DNA of 32,000 bases, taken from the NCBI RefSeq assembly GCF_003966335.1, contig NZ_CP034549.1, forward strand, positions 2,550,001-2,582,000, in the 5' to 3' direction. Position 1 is the stretch's first letter, and each line of letters begins with the position of its first letter. Below, one piece after another: positions 8,175 to 17,198 of the stretch. Both the position numbers and the translations under genes were made by a program. The stretch is from Nonlabens ponticola. GTDB lineage: Bacteria > Bacteroidota > Bacteroidia > Flavobacteriales > Flavobacteriaceae. The notes beneath the pieces were generated by a model, which saw only the letters and a program-made list of their open reading frames with translations, had not been told where the DNA came from and made no database searches.

Positions 8175-11100
8175 TACCCATTCTCCACAATCCTAATCTC
8201 CTCATCACTCAATCCATACAACTGATACACCATTGCATCTATTTGTTGTTCTAGGGTGTTGATTTGTGATTGTAGGTCTTGTGCTTTTTTCTTGTTTTGT
8301 TCAAACAGGTCTAACCATTCAAACTCGTCTGTTTTGGTAAGTACGGCAACCGGTGCTTGACCTTCTTTATCTCGCAATTTGTTAGTGGCTTTAATCGCTT
8401 TGTTCAGTTCTTTTATAAACTCCCCAAAATCTAAATCTTGCCAGTTTTCGAGTTTGCGTGATGTTTTAAGTAACTGAAATTTTACAAAAAGGTATTTTAC
8501 AAATTTTACTTTCAAAGAATTAAGCTCTGGTTGTAGTTTTTGAAGTTTTAAGCCATATTGCGAAATGTCATTTCTTTGAGTAAAATCCGTACCTGGCAAA
8601 GGAAAAGCACCTAATTTATCCAAACTAATTTTTGCAAATACTTTTCCTTTGATATCGTGTAACAGTCTATAGAAGATTGTAGCTACCTGAGAATTTAAAA
8701 TGGTAAGTAAGAAATCTAATGAATATTCCTCATTATTCTCATAAATACCGTGAACTAGAGTATCAAAATAATAATTGTTATTGTCTTTTGCTGCGATAAA
8801 TCTATCTCCTGTTTTTCTGACTACAATTTTCTCATTTTCAAATAATTCAGGTGTTCTTAAAGCAAAGTCTATTCGAGTTTGCTTTTTCATTCCTTTCTTA
8901 CTCTGGATATCATCTAAGTTCAAGTTATCAGCAATGTTGTAATCATAATTAACAAATTGTCCGCCCCATTGGATAGAATTTGTATTTAACTCTTTTCCCC
9001 AAATAATCGGTTTGTGATTATCGGAAAGCTTTTCATCTGTAATAAGTATTTGTTTAATATTACCAGGATTGAGACCGTTTTTTAAGGTGTAAAACTCTCT
9101 TATCGTTTTAAGGGTATGGAGTTTTTTTACTATCAAGTTTGCACCTTCGGCAATCGGCGATATTTCAAAGTGAGGAACTGAAAGAAAAAACTCTTGAGAA
9201 ATATCATTTACTAACGCCGTTTGACCATCGTAATCAAAATATTTGTCAGCCGAAATCAACTTCATCTCATTAGAAATATTGGGATTATCAACGATTTCAT
9301 ATTTAAGTATTAGACTACCGCCAACTTCTGCATCAGGGAAGATCTTCTCAGAAATCATAAAGACCTCGTGTATTTTTGACTTAGTGAGAAGGTATTCGCG
9401 AATATCTTTGAAATAAGTGTTGAATAAGAGTGATTTTGGAATTATGAATTGAATTAAACCCTTCTCAAATATTTGAAACATTCGCTCTATGAACAAAATA
9501 TAGAGGTTAATCTTATAGCTTGTTAAAGGGTAATTCTTTTTGTAATAAGCCTCTTCACCGTCAGACAAGAAAATTCCATAAGGCGGATTCCCAATCACAA
9601 CATCAAAACCTCCGTTTGCAAACACTTTCGCGAAAGCGGTCTCCCAGTTAAAAGCTTTATCTCCCGCTATGGTTTTACTGTCTATTAAACTATTACCACA
9701 TTTTATATTACTGCTCAAATCGTTGAGCTTACGGCGTGGTTGTGCGGTGCGTAGCCAGAGTGAAAGCTTCGCAATCTCTACAGACTCCTCGTTTAGATCT
9801 ACGCCATAAATATTGTTCTCTAGTATGGTGTTTTCTATATCTGGAAACTGTAAGCCACCACCTAGAATTTTGGTCTTAAGCTCGTCTATGTACTGATGTT
9901 CTTTGATGAGAAAATCCAGCGCCTGGTTAAGAAATGCACCAGAGCCACAAGCAGGATCACAAATAGTAATCTGTAGCAACCAGTCACGGTAGGTGTCTAG
10001 CGTTTCAACTAGCTTTTGTATGGTCTTGTCGTTTCGCTTCTTTCTTCCGGTACCACGGCCTTTAAAATACTCTTCTTCTTTAAAACCAAGTTCGGTTTTT
10101 CTATCATCGCATAGTTTACCTACGGTATTTTCTACAATGTATTTTGTGATGTACTTAGGCGTGTAAAAAACACCATCCTTCTTACGCTTGCTTTTCTGTT
10201 TGTCAAAGTTGCCACCTTCTATTTCGGCATTAATGCTTTCAATCTCGTTGAGAGAATTTTCAAAAATATGACCAAGGATATTGACATCTACTTGGCTTTC
10301 AAAATCGTAAGTCGCCAGTTTTTTAGTGTGATTGTAAAGTAAATCATCATCGATAATCACACGATCCAGTATAGAATCTGGTTTAAAGAGACCACCATTG
10401 TAGGCAAAAATCTCTTTGTTTTCTGCATCGCCCTTACGGCCTTTATCCAGGTAGTTAAAGTGCTTTTTAAAACGATCGTACAACGGCTCATCTACATCCA
10501 GCTTGCGTATGGTGTCCCATTCTGCAAGTCGTTTTATGGTATAATTGGGTTGTAAGAGTCCGCGATCTTCTGCAAAAAAGATAAAGAGAAAGCGATCTAT
10601 AAGTTTCTGCGACTTTTTAAAAAGCGTGAGCTTTACATTTTTCTCCAGGCGTTCAAGATCTGACTGGTGTTCTGCATTATCTGTAATACCAGTCTCTTCC
10701 TGTAACGCGACTTTTAAGACTTTACCGTTTTTCTTGACCAGATCACGGTATAGCTCACGTTTAAAAAGCGAATAATCTTTATAAAACTCTTTGGTAATTT
10801 CTTCTTCTTTAATAAGAGAATCCTGCTTTATTTGAAGCGGTAATTCCTTGAGCAAATTGTCTTTGTACAAACACAAATACAACAATCCAAAGTCATCTCG
10901 TGTAAGGTTAAACAAGTCAAAGTCCAGTAACTCTGTAGTGTCATCTATGTAAAAACGTAGTTTTTCAAAATTAGACGTGATGACAAACCTGCATCCTTTG
11001 TGATTTACCTTATAATCAAAAGCCTGACGTCTTATGCTTTCCAGATCCTTTGTATTTGTCCCTTTAAGTTCTACAACGGCTACTGTTTTTTCTTCTGTGA

Positions 11101-11374
11101 TAATGGCACCGTCTGCCTTGCGATTATTTTTCTCGTTTTTGTATTCTGTAGTTAGGTTGTATTTTGGCTTAGGATTAATGGTATAATCAAGCACGTTTAC
11201 AAAGAGTTCTGTAAGAAAAGTAGCCTGTATTTGCTCCTCGTTACTCTTGTCTATATTTTGCTGTATCTCAAGGTTGAGAAAGAATTTAGTGTACTTGCGA
11301 TATGCCTTATCTACTGCGTTTGTGTCCTGTTGTGCGAGATATTTTTTGAGTACAGATGTCTGGAATAATGCCAT
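8174..11374 (-). CDS. Type IIG/IIL-style fused restriction endonuclease, N6-adenine methyltransferase and specificity protein
   Basis: 1066 aa. N-terminal PD-(D/E)xK-like ADGAIITEEKTVAVVELKGTNTK. Gamma-class MTase motif I ICDPACGSGAFL followed by motif IV VVIGNPPYG. A long C-terminal region is consistent with a TaqI-like target-recognition domain. Confidence 0.8.
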   Translation of the reverse strand: MALFQTSVLKKYLAQQDTNAVDKAYRKYTKFFLNLEIQQNIDKSNEEQIQATFLTELFVNVLDYTINPKPKYNLTTEYKNEKNNRKADGAIITEEKTVAVVELKGTNTKDLESIRRQAFDYKVNHKGCRFVITSNFEKLRFYIDDTTELLDFDLFNLTRDDFGLLYLCLYKDNLLKELPLQIKQDSLIKEEEITKEFYKDYSLFKRELYRDLVKKNGKVLKVALQEETGITDNAEHQSDLERLEKNVKLTLFKKSQKLIDRFLFIFFAEDRGLLQPNYTIKRLAEWDTIRKLDVDEPLYDRFKKHFNYLDKGRKGDAENKEIFAYNGGLFKPDSILDRVIIDDDLLYNHTKKLATYDFESQVDVNILGHIFENSLNEIESINAEIEGGNFDKQKSKRKKDGVFYTPKYITKYIVENTVGKLCDDRKTELGFKEEEYFKGRGTGRKKRNDKTIQKLVETLDTYRDWLLQITICDPACGSGAFLNQALDFLIKEHQYIDELKTKILGGGLQFPDIENTILENNIYGVDLNEESVEIAKLSLWLRTAQPRRKLNDLSSNIKCGNSLIDSKTIAGDKAFNWETAFAKVFANGGFDVVIGNPPYGIFLSDGEEAYYKKNYPLTSYKINLYILFIERMFQIFEKGLIQFIIPKSLLFNTYFKDIREYLLTKSKIHEVFMISEKIFPDAEVGGSLILKYEIVDNPNISNEMKLISADKYFDYDGQTALVNDISQEFFLSVPHFEISPIAEGANLIVKKLHTLKTIREFYTLKNGLNPGNIKQILITDEKLSDNHKPIIWGKELNTNSIQWGGQFVNYDYNIADNLNLDDIQSKKGMKKQTRIDFALRTPELFENEKIVVRKTGDRFIAAKDNNNYYFDTLVHGIYENNEEYSLDFLLTILNSQVATIFYRLLHDIKGKVFAKISLDKLGAFPLPGTDFTQRNDISQYGLKLQKLQPELNSLKVKFVKYLFVKFQLLKTSRKLENWQDLDFGEFIKELNKAIKATNKLRDKEGQAPVAVLTKTDEFEWLDLFEQNKKKAQDLQSQINTLEQQIDAMVYQLYGLSDEEIRIVENG

Positions 11375-11552
11375 GAAGATTACTAGGTAAAAGTATTCCT
11401 CTAAAGTAATGAAGAATAATTCTTTCCAGACAGGTTTGTTTTATTCTGCTTTCGCGAAAGTGTAAATAACTGAGGTTGTATATACCTTAAAGCTTTTGTC
11501 GTATCCTAATGGCAAGTGATAGGAGGTTCTGTTTTTGATACAATTGATATTA

Positions 11553-11915
11553 TCAATCAATGAGAATCCTCGTTAGTTCATCTAGTAGGTCATCTAGCTT
11601 TTGTTTTTCAATTCCCGATAAATAATTTAATGCATTTAATTTTTTCATCAATTGATTAAGATTTATACCTATCCTATGTAGCTCAACTTGTTGATAAGGT
11701 GCTATCATCTGAGTCACATTGAGCTTTTTGTTTTTCATACAGTCCAGTAAAAAACGTCTAATGAATCTACCATCGTATTGCGTTTTCATACTATACATTT
11801 CGCAATATTTAATAACAAAGTCCTTTTCAATTTTCGTGAGATATAGATTTATTTGATGATCTCTTTTCATGTCTGGATTATCAATCTCTGGACGTCCTCC
11901 TTTTTTTTTGGCCAT
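11553..11915 (-). CDS. MobC-family (Bacteroides MobA-type) relaxosome accessory / RHH-like protein
   Basis: 120 aa. HRIGINLNQLMKKLN matches the G-x-N-x-NQ-x-x-x-x-N signature of the mobilisation protein MobC family. No relaxase gene follows it. Confidence 0.6.
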   Translation of the reverse strand: MAKKKGGRPEIDNPDMKRDHQINLYLTKIEKDFVIKYCEMYSMKTQYDGRFIRRFLLDCMKNKKLNVTQMIAPYQQVELHRIGINLNQLMKKLNALNYLSGIEKQKLDDLLDELTRILID

Positions 11916-12190
11916 AATTCTGATCTAAGAATATTTCATTTTTACCAATTAATCTAGTTTTAATTTTTCGAGTTTACGATGAAAAACAAGGCTATTTCAT
12001 TTTTGATGAAATAGGTTTTTCACTTGTAAATTTGCTGACTAGCTAATTTTGCAATGTGCAAAACACACCTTGCTATTCCTCTTCCATTTTATTTTTGTTC
12101 ATTTTATTTCTTGATCGTTTTTTTTCAATTTCTGGATGGTTTTTAATTCTTGAGGTTTTATAGCTCAATTATTATATTTTTATAATGTTA

Positions 12191-12323
12191 TAATTCTATA
12201 TCTCTATATTTTTATATCTCTATAATCTTATAATGCTATAATTCTATAATCTTATATTTTTATATCTCTATAATCTTATAATGCTATAATGCTATAATGC
12301 TATAATGTTATAATGTTATAATT
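12191..12323. repeat. AT-rich tandem repeats (two ~48-bp units, then five 8-bp units); candidate iterons / oriT-oriV region
   Basis: An exact 38-bp repeat TATATTTTTATATCTCTATAATCTTATAATGCTATAAT occurs at 12205-12242 and 12253-12290 (period 48). ATAATGCT x3 then ATAATGTT x2 run from 12278 to 12317. Related TATAATGTTATAATT at 12181-12195. Confidence 0.8.
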
Positions 12324-12410
12324 ACAGAACTCTATAGCGCTGTGATTCTATAATCATATTCTTCTACTATACTTCCTTCGTTTTTTTATGAAAATTTTTA
12401 GCATGTAGAG

Positions 12411-12437
12411 TTATTCCAAAAACTGATTTTGGAATAA
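12411..12437. other. perfect 11-bp stem / 5-nt loop inverted repeat in non-coding DNA
   Basis: TTATTCCAAAA (12411-12421), loop ACTGA, TTTTGGAATAA (12427-12437). Confidence 0.6.
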
Positions 12438-12876
12438 ACCTCTTATAAGATGACAAGCATCAGAAGATACCTTACACGACTTGTTAAACATCGGAGGAAC
12501 TAAGGGGTCCAGTCAGTAAGATTGAATCACGTCCTTCCGAACATATTGTTACCTTTAATTAAAGTGGGATAGAAAATTATATGTTTTCATATAAGATTTC
12601 TCCATTTGTCAAAACTTGAGCTTTTAGCATTTTAAGATAAGCTGCGGATGTTTTTATAAGTGAATTTGAAATCCAAAAAGGATTACGACAAAAATATTAG
12701 TAATAGCACGTCTAATTGAGATGATTTAAGTCAAAGGTGTTGGCTCGAATTATAATCGATCTTAATTTGATAAGCCTTACTAAATTGATTTACCAACCAA
12801 TAAATGTAATTGATGGGACAAAAGTTTAGAAGCGGGAATATTGTCAAACACCCACTGCATATATTTTACTCGATCG

Positions 12877-13287
12877 TCACGTTTTTTTTCTTCTGTTAAT
12901 CCACTCTTTATAAGCAAGAATGACGTCAGCAACGTAGGTTGCATCAAAGTGTCCAAAATGATCAACTTTCCTATCAAATGTTCTCCATCTTGCATGTTGT
13001 AGGGCGTAGTGAAATTCCTCAAGACTTAATGTTGAATGATTATATAGCATCATATCGTTTATATCCGTCACTTGAGATCGAGTTGGTCTATTTTTTAGTC
13101 TTAAAACATTTGCATTTAATTTTATTATCACTGATACGCCGTAGTTTCTTTTGACGTCATTTAAATCTTTTATTTTATCGAATGTGCTTTTCAATTCTTT
13201 AAACTTATTAGGCCTCAGTTTAGAAATTCGTTTTAATTTCTTGAGAAAAGCTTCGCTCGCGCGATTGGACTGATTTTCGGTTGACAT
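12877..13287 (-). CDS. hypothetical protein (136 aa)
   Basis: Longest ORF in this stretch, co-oriented with and closely spaced to its neighbours. No motif recognised. Confidence 0.5.
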   Translation of the reverse strand: MSTENQSNRASEAFLKKLKRISKLRPNKFKELKSTFDKIKDLNDVKRNYGVSVIIKLNANVLRLKNRPTRSQVTDINDMMLYNHSTLSLEEFHYALQHARWRTFDRKVDHFGHFDATYVADVILAYKEWINRRKKT

Positions 13288-13296
13288 AACTGTTTT

Positions 13297-13479
13297 TTAG
13301 TGTTTTGAAAAGAGTTCTATAAATTGCTCATATGATCTGAGTACTGGTTCCCTTTCCTTTAAGAAATGGATGAAATCATTCAGTTTTTGCTGGAAATTTT
13401 TGGGTGTTATATCGTTTCTAAGATCATTTACTATCTCATACCGCTCTGACTCATTTGTTACCAGTTTATTCCTATACAT
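13297..13479 (-). CDS. hypothetical protein (60 aa)
   Basis: Short ORF filling the gap between co-oriented genes (9-nt and 32-nt spacers). No motif recognised. Confidence 0.35.
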   Translation of the reverse strand: MYRNKLVTNESERYEIVNDLRNDITPKNFQQKLNDFIHFLKEREPVLRSYEQFIELFSKH

Positions 13480-13511
13480 TTTCAGAGTAGTTTCAAAATC
13501 AAGAGCATCAT

Positions 13512-14075
13512 CTATTTTATTTTTATTTTTTTCCTTTTTTGTGATATACTATCATCTATTATACTCTCTTTGTTAGAAGAGTCTTTCAAAGACTTTATAA
13601 AGTCCTTATCAAAATTTGGTTCTTCAAGCGCATCTTCGGAAAATTCTTCTGTATAGATTTTAATAATTTCTGCGTTAGAATACTTCCTTAATTCATTCTT
13701 TTCATAACCCCTATATCTGACCAAGGCACTCCGGTATCCACTTATTTGAGAATTTATTATTGTTTGATCATAACCAGACATCAACTTGGCTAAACGTTTA
13801 CAAATAATTATGGTGTCATTTTCAAACTCAAACAAGCCAAAATCTTCGATGACTTTTCTAACCAGATCATGATTGGGTAGATGTAAAGTATAGGCAATCA
13901 CTTCATAAGTAGAGTTTAATTTATATTCATCAGCATCCCTCATCATTTCAAGTATCATGATGTAAACACCATATCCTTCTACTCCTAATTTCATTCTCAT
14001 TGCTGCGATGAGCGGTTCGTTTCTTGTGTTGGAGTAATGAGGAAACCAATAGGCGTCCTTTTTTTGATTCTTCAT
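13512..14075 (-). CDS. DUF4373 / Lin1244-Lin1753 N-terminal-like protein (replication-initiation-associated family of mobile elements)
   Basis: KKDAYWFPHYSNTRNEPLIAAMRMKLGVEGYGVYIMILEMM resembles the YFPHD...G..GYG.Y..LLE signature of that family. The ORF track opens at 14120, but the ATG at 14075 (MKNQKKDAYWF) is the more plausible start. Confidence 0.55.
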   Translation of the reverse strand: MKNQKKDAYWFPHYSNTRNEPLIAAMRMKLGVEGYGVYIMILEMMRDADEYKLNSTYEVIAYTLHLPNHDLVRKVIEDFGLFEFENDTIIICKRLAKLMSGYDQTIINSQISGYRSALVRYRGYEKNELRKYSNAEIIKIYTEEFSEDALEEPNFDKDFIKSLKDSSNKESIIDDSISQKRKKIKIK

Positions 14076-14165
14076 TGTATTGAATTTATAGGTATAAGTG
14101 ACATTGTATTCACACATCAATCTGAAAAGATTTTGATCAAGTGCATCACAGCGACAAGTAGAATG

Positions 14166-14471
14166 TCATCTTTTGTATTTCTTGGATTTGATCTCCGACA
14201 TCGCCTTATCAAAATCCTCGTTTTTAACAAAGACTCTGTCTCCAATTTTGAAAGCTTTTAATTTTCCTGACTTAATATAATTCCGTAGAGTTCCTACACA
14301 TACAGGATTAGCTGCTGCTAGTTGTTGAAGGGATTTATGTTCAGGTTGTTCTTTTTTGCTAAGAGTAATTTGGATTTTGGCATCAACTATTTCCTCTATC
14401 CTAGTAAATAATTGTTCCGCAGAAAGATTTTCAATTCTTAGTTCTTTAATCTGAATGGTATGTTTTGACAT
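14166..14471 (-). CDS. excisionase/MerR-like helix-turn-helix DNA-binding protein
   Basis: LQQLAAANPVCVGTLRNYIKSGKLKAFKIGDRVFVKNEDFDKAM is a typical Xis-type HTH followed by a beta wing. The track start at 14504 is a GTG, so the ATG at 14471 (MSKHTIQ) is preferred. Confidence 0.6.
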   Translation of the reverse strand: MSKHTIQIKELRIENLSAEQLFTRIEEIVDAKIQITLSKKEQPEHKSLQQLAAANPVCVGTLRNYIKSGKLKAFKIGDRVFVKNEDFDKAMSEIKSKKYKR

Positions 14472-14532
14472 GGCATCTAATTTTTGATACCGCAATTTTA
14501 CCACGCATTAGCAAATGCTTAGTTTGTGAATG

Positions 14533-14561
14533 TCTTAGAGGTTTTTCTTAGAAGTCTTAGA
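14533..14561. promoter_or_regulatory. three direct TCTTAGA repeats upstream of the HTH gene
   Basis: TCTTAGA at 14533-14539, 14546-14552 and 14555-14561, in the 69-nt spacer between the 364-aa gene and the HTH gene. Confidence 0.3.
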
Positions 14562-14573
14562 TATCTGTACTCT

Positions 14574-15668
14574 TTACGAAAAACTATTGGCCTTTACGAT
14601 CATTTCGCTTCTTATTTGTTCAATACGATGAAACTTCTTAATGATCGTTCGATCGTCATATTCATCTAGATGGCTTATCGTGTTTTTATTATCTAACGCT
14701 TCACGAATTTTGTTATACTCTTGATACAAGCTTGTATTTGGCTCCTTATTATAATGCTTTAAAAGTCTCTTCTGAAGATCCGTATAGTTTCTATAATTGG
14801 ACTTAATAGCATAGTTATATTGTAGGTAAAAATACATTGCCAGTTCTGACACAGTCAGTTTGTATTGAGTAAGAACTTTGAATTCGGTCCACTGGGTTTT
14901 CTCTTGATCAGCGAGTTCTTTGAGAATTTTTTCGTCTGCTAAATCAGAATAAAGATGTGGATCTTTCTTGACATGTAGATTTACATAGTTTTTAGCTATC
15001 TCTCGTAGACCGTATTGATTTTTCAAGACAAATGCCCATGCAGCATAATTAAGACCATGGTAGTATCCGTCTCTGGTTGCATATTCAGATGTATCGTCAA
15101 TGCTCCCAATAGTGAAGGGATTTTTTTGTAGATCTTTCGAAGCACTTTTATCAGATATAGGGCCACTCAAATCTTCCCACCTATTTACGGTATAATCCCA
15201 AAGATTTTTCATTTTTTGAGATTCAGTCAAGGCCATCAAGAATATTTTGTCAAGCTCGTGATCAATAAACTTATGCACCCCATGCTCAAAACCAGCGCTA
15301 TATTTTTGGTGGTATTTTTCAAAAGATTCAAAATCATTATTCAAGGCTTGACATACATAATGAAAAAAGCTTGTCTTATAAGGAACACCCTTTATTTGAA
15401 TACCATATGAAAGAGTTTCTGTCTTTAAAAACTGTGTATTCCGGTATGAAAATATTTCAAATCTCATTTGAGCTGCTTGGTAAACTCTAAATACACATGG
15501 ATCTTGATAGTTAATTACTCGACCAAAATGATTTCGAGAAGCATCCTCACTTTCAATAGAGTTAATAGCGATTTGAAAATGATCCACGTTCGAAGGAACT
15601 TCATATTCATCAGGCATGCCTGCATAAATATTCAGTATTTGATTTTGATATAGTAAATCTAAATTCAC
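14574..15668 (-). CDS. hypothetical protein (364 aa), positional counterpart of the 329-aa ORF of the other arm
   Basis: Long ORF starting 2 nt after the integrase stop. C-terminal KLTVSELAMYFYLQYNYAIKSN resembles GAKYELAFLFNFLYDFGYITG in the 329-aa protein (possibly an RteC-like wHTH, very tentative). Confidence 0.6.
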   Translation of the reverse strand: MNLDLLYQNQILNIYAGMPDEYEVPSNVDHFQIAINSIESEDASRNHFGRVINYQDPCVFRVYQAAQMRFEIFSYRNTQFLKTETLSYGIQIKGVPYKTSFFHYVCQALNNDFESFEKYHQKYSAGFEHGVHKFIDHELDKIFLMALTESQKMKNLWDYTVNRWEDLSGPISDKSASKDLQKNPFTIGSIDDTSEYATRDGYYHGLNYAAWAFVLKNQYGLREIAKNYVNLHVKKDPHLYSDLADEKILKELADQEKTQWTEFKVLTQYKLTVSELAMYFYLQYNYAIKSNYRNYTDLQKRLLKHYNKEPNTSLYQEYNKIREALDNKNTISHLDEYDDRTIIKKFHRIEQIRSEMIVKANSFS

Positions 15669-15670
15669 TT

Positions 15671-16921
15671 CTAGGCTTTCTTTAAAACATTAAAATCTAT
15701 ATTAAAAACCTGATCTACAGCTTCCTTCTTTTCATCATTATCAACTTGGTAATAAGTGTTCAAGGTTTTCATATCTAAATGACCAGTTATTTTACTGATA
15801 AGTTTATCACTCTTCCCTTCTCTTTTCATCATGGTAATAAAAGTTCGTCGCGCAGTATGAGAACTAACCCGTTGCCAAAACCTCATTGCCTTCCTGGTGA
15901 CAGTTTTTCCACTTACAGAGACTTTTTCAACTTTCTGTGTAAACCCAGCGTCAAGAAATACTGTCTTGATATATTCATTATGATTCTGATTTGCTACGAG
16001 TGGTAAATTATAATCATACTTTTTTAGAATAAACCTAGCGATTTTACTTAATGGAATTTCACGTACTTTTTTTTCTGAGCCTTTTTCTTCTTTCAGATAA
16101 AGAGTATCATCTGACACGCTACTCTTCGAAATAAATTTCAATTCTCCGAATCGACATCCCGTGACGCATGAAAATATAAATACATCTCTCACACGTTCTA
16201 AAGACTTGCTTTTACACTTGGAATGTAGCAGTTGTTCAATATCCTTCTTAGTAAGTGCTATCTGGTTCGTTATGACTTGTTTTTTTCTTTTGAAAGCTTT
16301 AAACTCATCATTATAGGTTATTCTATTCTTGTAAGCCCAGAGCATGAAGGTCTTAAAAAGTCCTAGATTCCTAGAAAACGTATTATTAATGTGTCCTTTA
16401 TCTGACAAGCAATAATCAGTGAATTCTGACATAAAAGTCGAATTTATGTTATTGAAGTTCAGCTTGTAATTTCGTTTCGCCTGAAAATCTAATAACAAAG
16501 TTTTCATGTAACCATATCGTTTGATTGTAGAATCTGACCAATCCTTATTTTTGGTTTTTTCTGAAATAAATCTGTCATAAGCATTAAAAAAGTCATTGCT
16601 CCCCTTAATTGTTTTTTTGAACTTGAGATCTAGAGCGTCTTTAAGAACACTGGAATTAAATTGAATGTGCATAAGCTTTGATGCGGTCAACGACTCATGA
16701 AAACATTCGGAGTAGCGACCAAGTTGTGTACGTATGGATCTAACTCCTGGAGTTTTGCTGTTGAGAATTGGGGATTTGCTTTTCTGGTCCCAATCCTTAG
16801 GGTGAATCACTTCTCCAGTTGAATAAACAAATTTCTTCTGCTCTTCCTTAAAGGAACAAGAAAATAAAATCAGCGTTTCTTTATTTGACTTAGGTTTCTT
16901 GAGATAAAAGGTATGCGTCAT
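15671..16921 (-). CDS. tyrosine recombinase / site-specific integrase (Bacteroidota type, canonical catalytic residues)
   Basis: Box I FSCVTGCRFGELKFI (Arg present), HTARRTFIT (HxxR), GHLDMKTLNTYYQV (His plus nucleophilic Tyr). N-terminal MTHTFYLKKPKSNKETLILF is the arm-binding-type start typical of Bacteroides integrases. Confidence 0.9.
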   Translation of the reverse strand: MTHTFYLKKPKSNKETLILFSCSFKEEQKKFVYSTGEVIHPKDWDQKSKSPILNSKTPGVRSIRTQLGRYSECFHESLTASKLMHIQFNSSVLKDALDLKFKKTIKGSNDFFNAYDRFISEKTKNKDWSDSTIKRYGYMKTLLLDFQAKRNYKLNFNNINSTFMSEFTDYCLSDKGHINNTFSRNLGLFKTFMLWAYKNRITYNDEFKAFKRKKQVITNQIALTKKDIEQLLHSKCKSKSLERVRDVFIFSCVTGCRFGELKFISKSSVSDDTLYLKEEKGSEKKVREIPLSKIARFILKKYDYNLPLVANQNHNEYIKTVFLDAGFTQKVEKVSVSGKTVTRKAMRFWQRVSSHTARRTFITMMKREGKSDKLISKITGHLDMKTLNTYYQVDNDEKKEAVDQVFNIDFNVLKKA

Positions 16922-16933
16922 GGGGCGATTTTG

Positions 16934-16955
16934 ATTGGTTGACTAATTGGTTGAC
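16934..16955. repeat. two direct ATTGGTTGAC repeats in 12-bp phase, just upstream of the integrase A start
   Basis: ATTGGTTGAC at 16934-16943 and 16946-16955. A further TTGAC lies at 16972-16976, and inverted GTCAA copies near 17099 and 17119. Confidence 0.6.
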
Positions 16956-17120
16956 AAATATCGTTCTACTCCTTGACATTTCAAAGTGCCAAAATGTGGC
17001 GATTCTGGCTCATAACGCCGTTAATCAATCGCTCTTGTTGAAAAATGTAAAAAAATAAAATAAAAGGTTCAATAACCTTCTTCTCCGCAAATAAAGATGT
17101 CAAATGACACTTTAAAAGTC

Positions 17121-17162
17121 AAAACCCTTTAAACATTGTGTTTAGAGGGTTTTTTGTTTTTT
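17121..17162. terminator. strong intrinsic-terminator-like hairpin (14-15 bp stem) with T-run, A-run on the other side (bidirectional), no gene to terminate
   Basis: AAAACCCTTTAAACA, loop TTG, TGTTTAGAGGGTTTT, followed by TGTTTTTT. One G-U pair and otherwise perfect. It sits between two divergent integrase genes. Confidence 0.6.
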
Positions 17163-17198
17163 GATATGCTTTCATAATACACATTGAGTTGCATAATC

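Larger units (their letters stand above)
11553..17120 (-). mobile_element. backbone of left integrative (mobilisable?) element: integrase, unknown, Xis-like HTH, DUF4373-like, two small ORFs, repeat-rich non-coding region, MobC-like gene
   Basis: Gene content and order. The true ends cannot be defined from this window, and the defence operon 777-11374 may be cargo of the same element. Confidence 0.4.

Noticed and set aside
8174-11374. BREX PglX-like methyltransferase
   Set aside because: No PglZ, BrxC, BrxL or BrxA/B genes are nearby, and the protein has its own N-terminal PD-(D/E)xK nuclease motif. A stand-alone Type IIG enzyme is the simpler reading.
12171-12360. Tandem repeats as a CRISPR array or a ToxI-like antitoxin RNA array
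   Set aside because: The units are 8 bp and 48 bp with no unique spacers, so this is not CRISPR. No ToxN/AbiE-like toxin gene follows on either strand, and the units are almost pure A/T with TATAAT-like cores, which fits iterons or promoter clutter better.
12780-13022. 80-aa minus-strand ORF overlapping the 3-prime end of the 136-aa gene
   Set aside because: It overlaps the 136-aa ORF over 12877-13022 in another frame and has no independent support. Its non-overlapping tail is only about 30 codons.
17060-17095. Possible tRNA 3-prime fragment (AAAGG-TTCAATA-ACCTT-CTTCTCC-G) as integration target
   Set aside because: The T-loop-like TTCAATA is there, but the stem lacks the G53-C61 pair and has two mismatches, and no D-arm or anticodon arm lies upstream. 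It is better read as a 6-bp hairpin.
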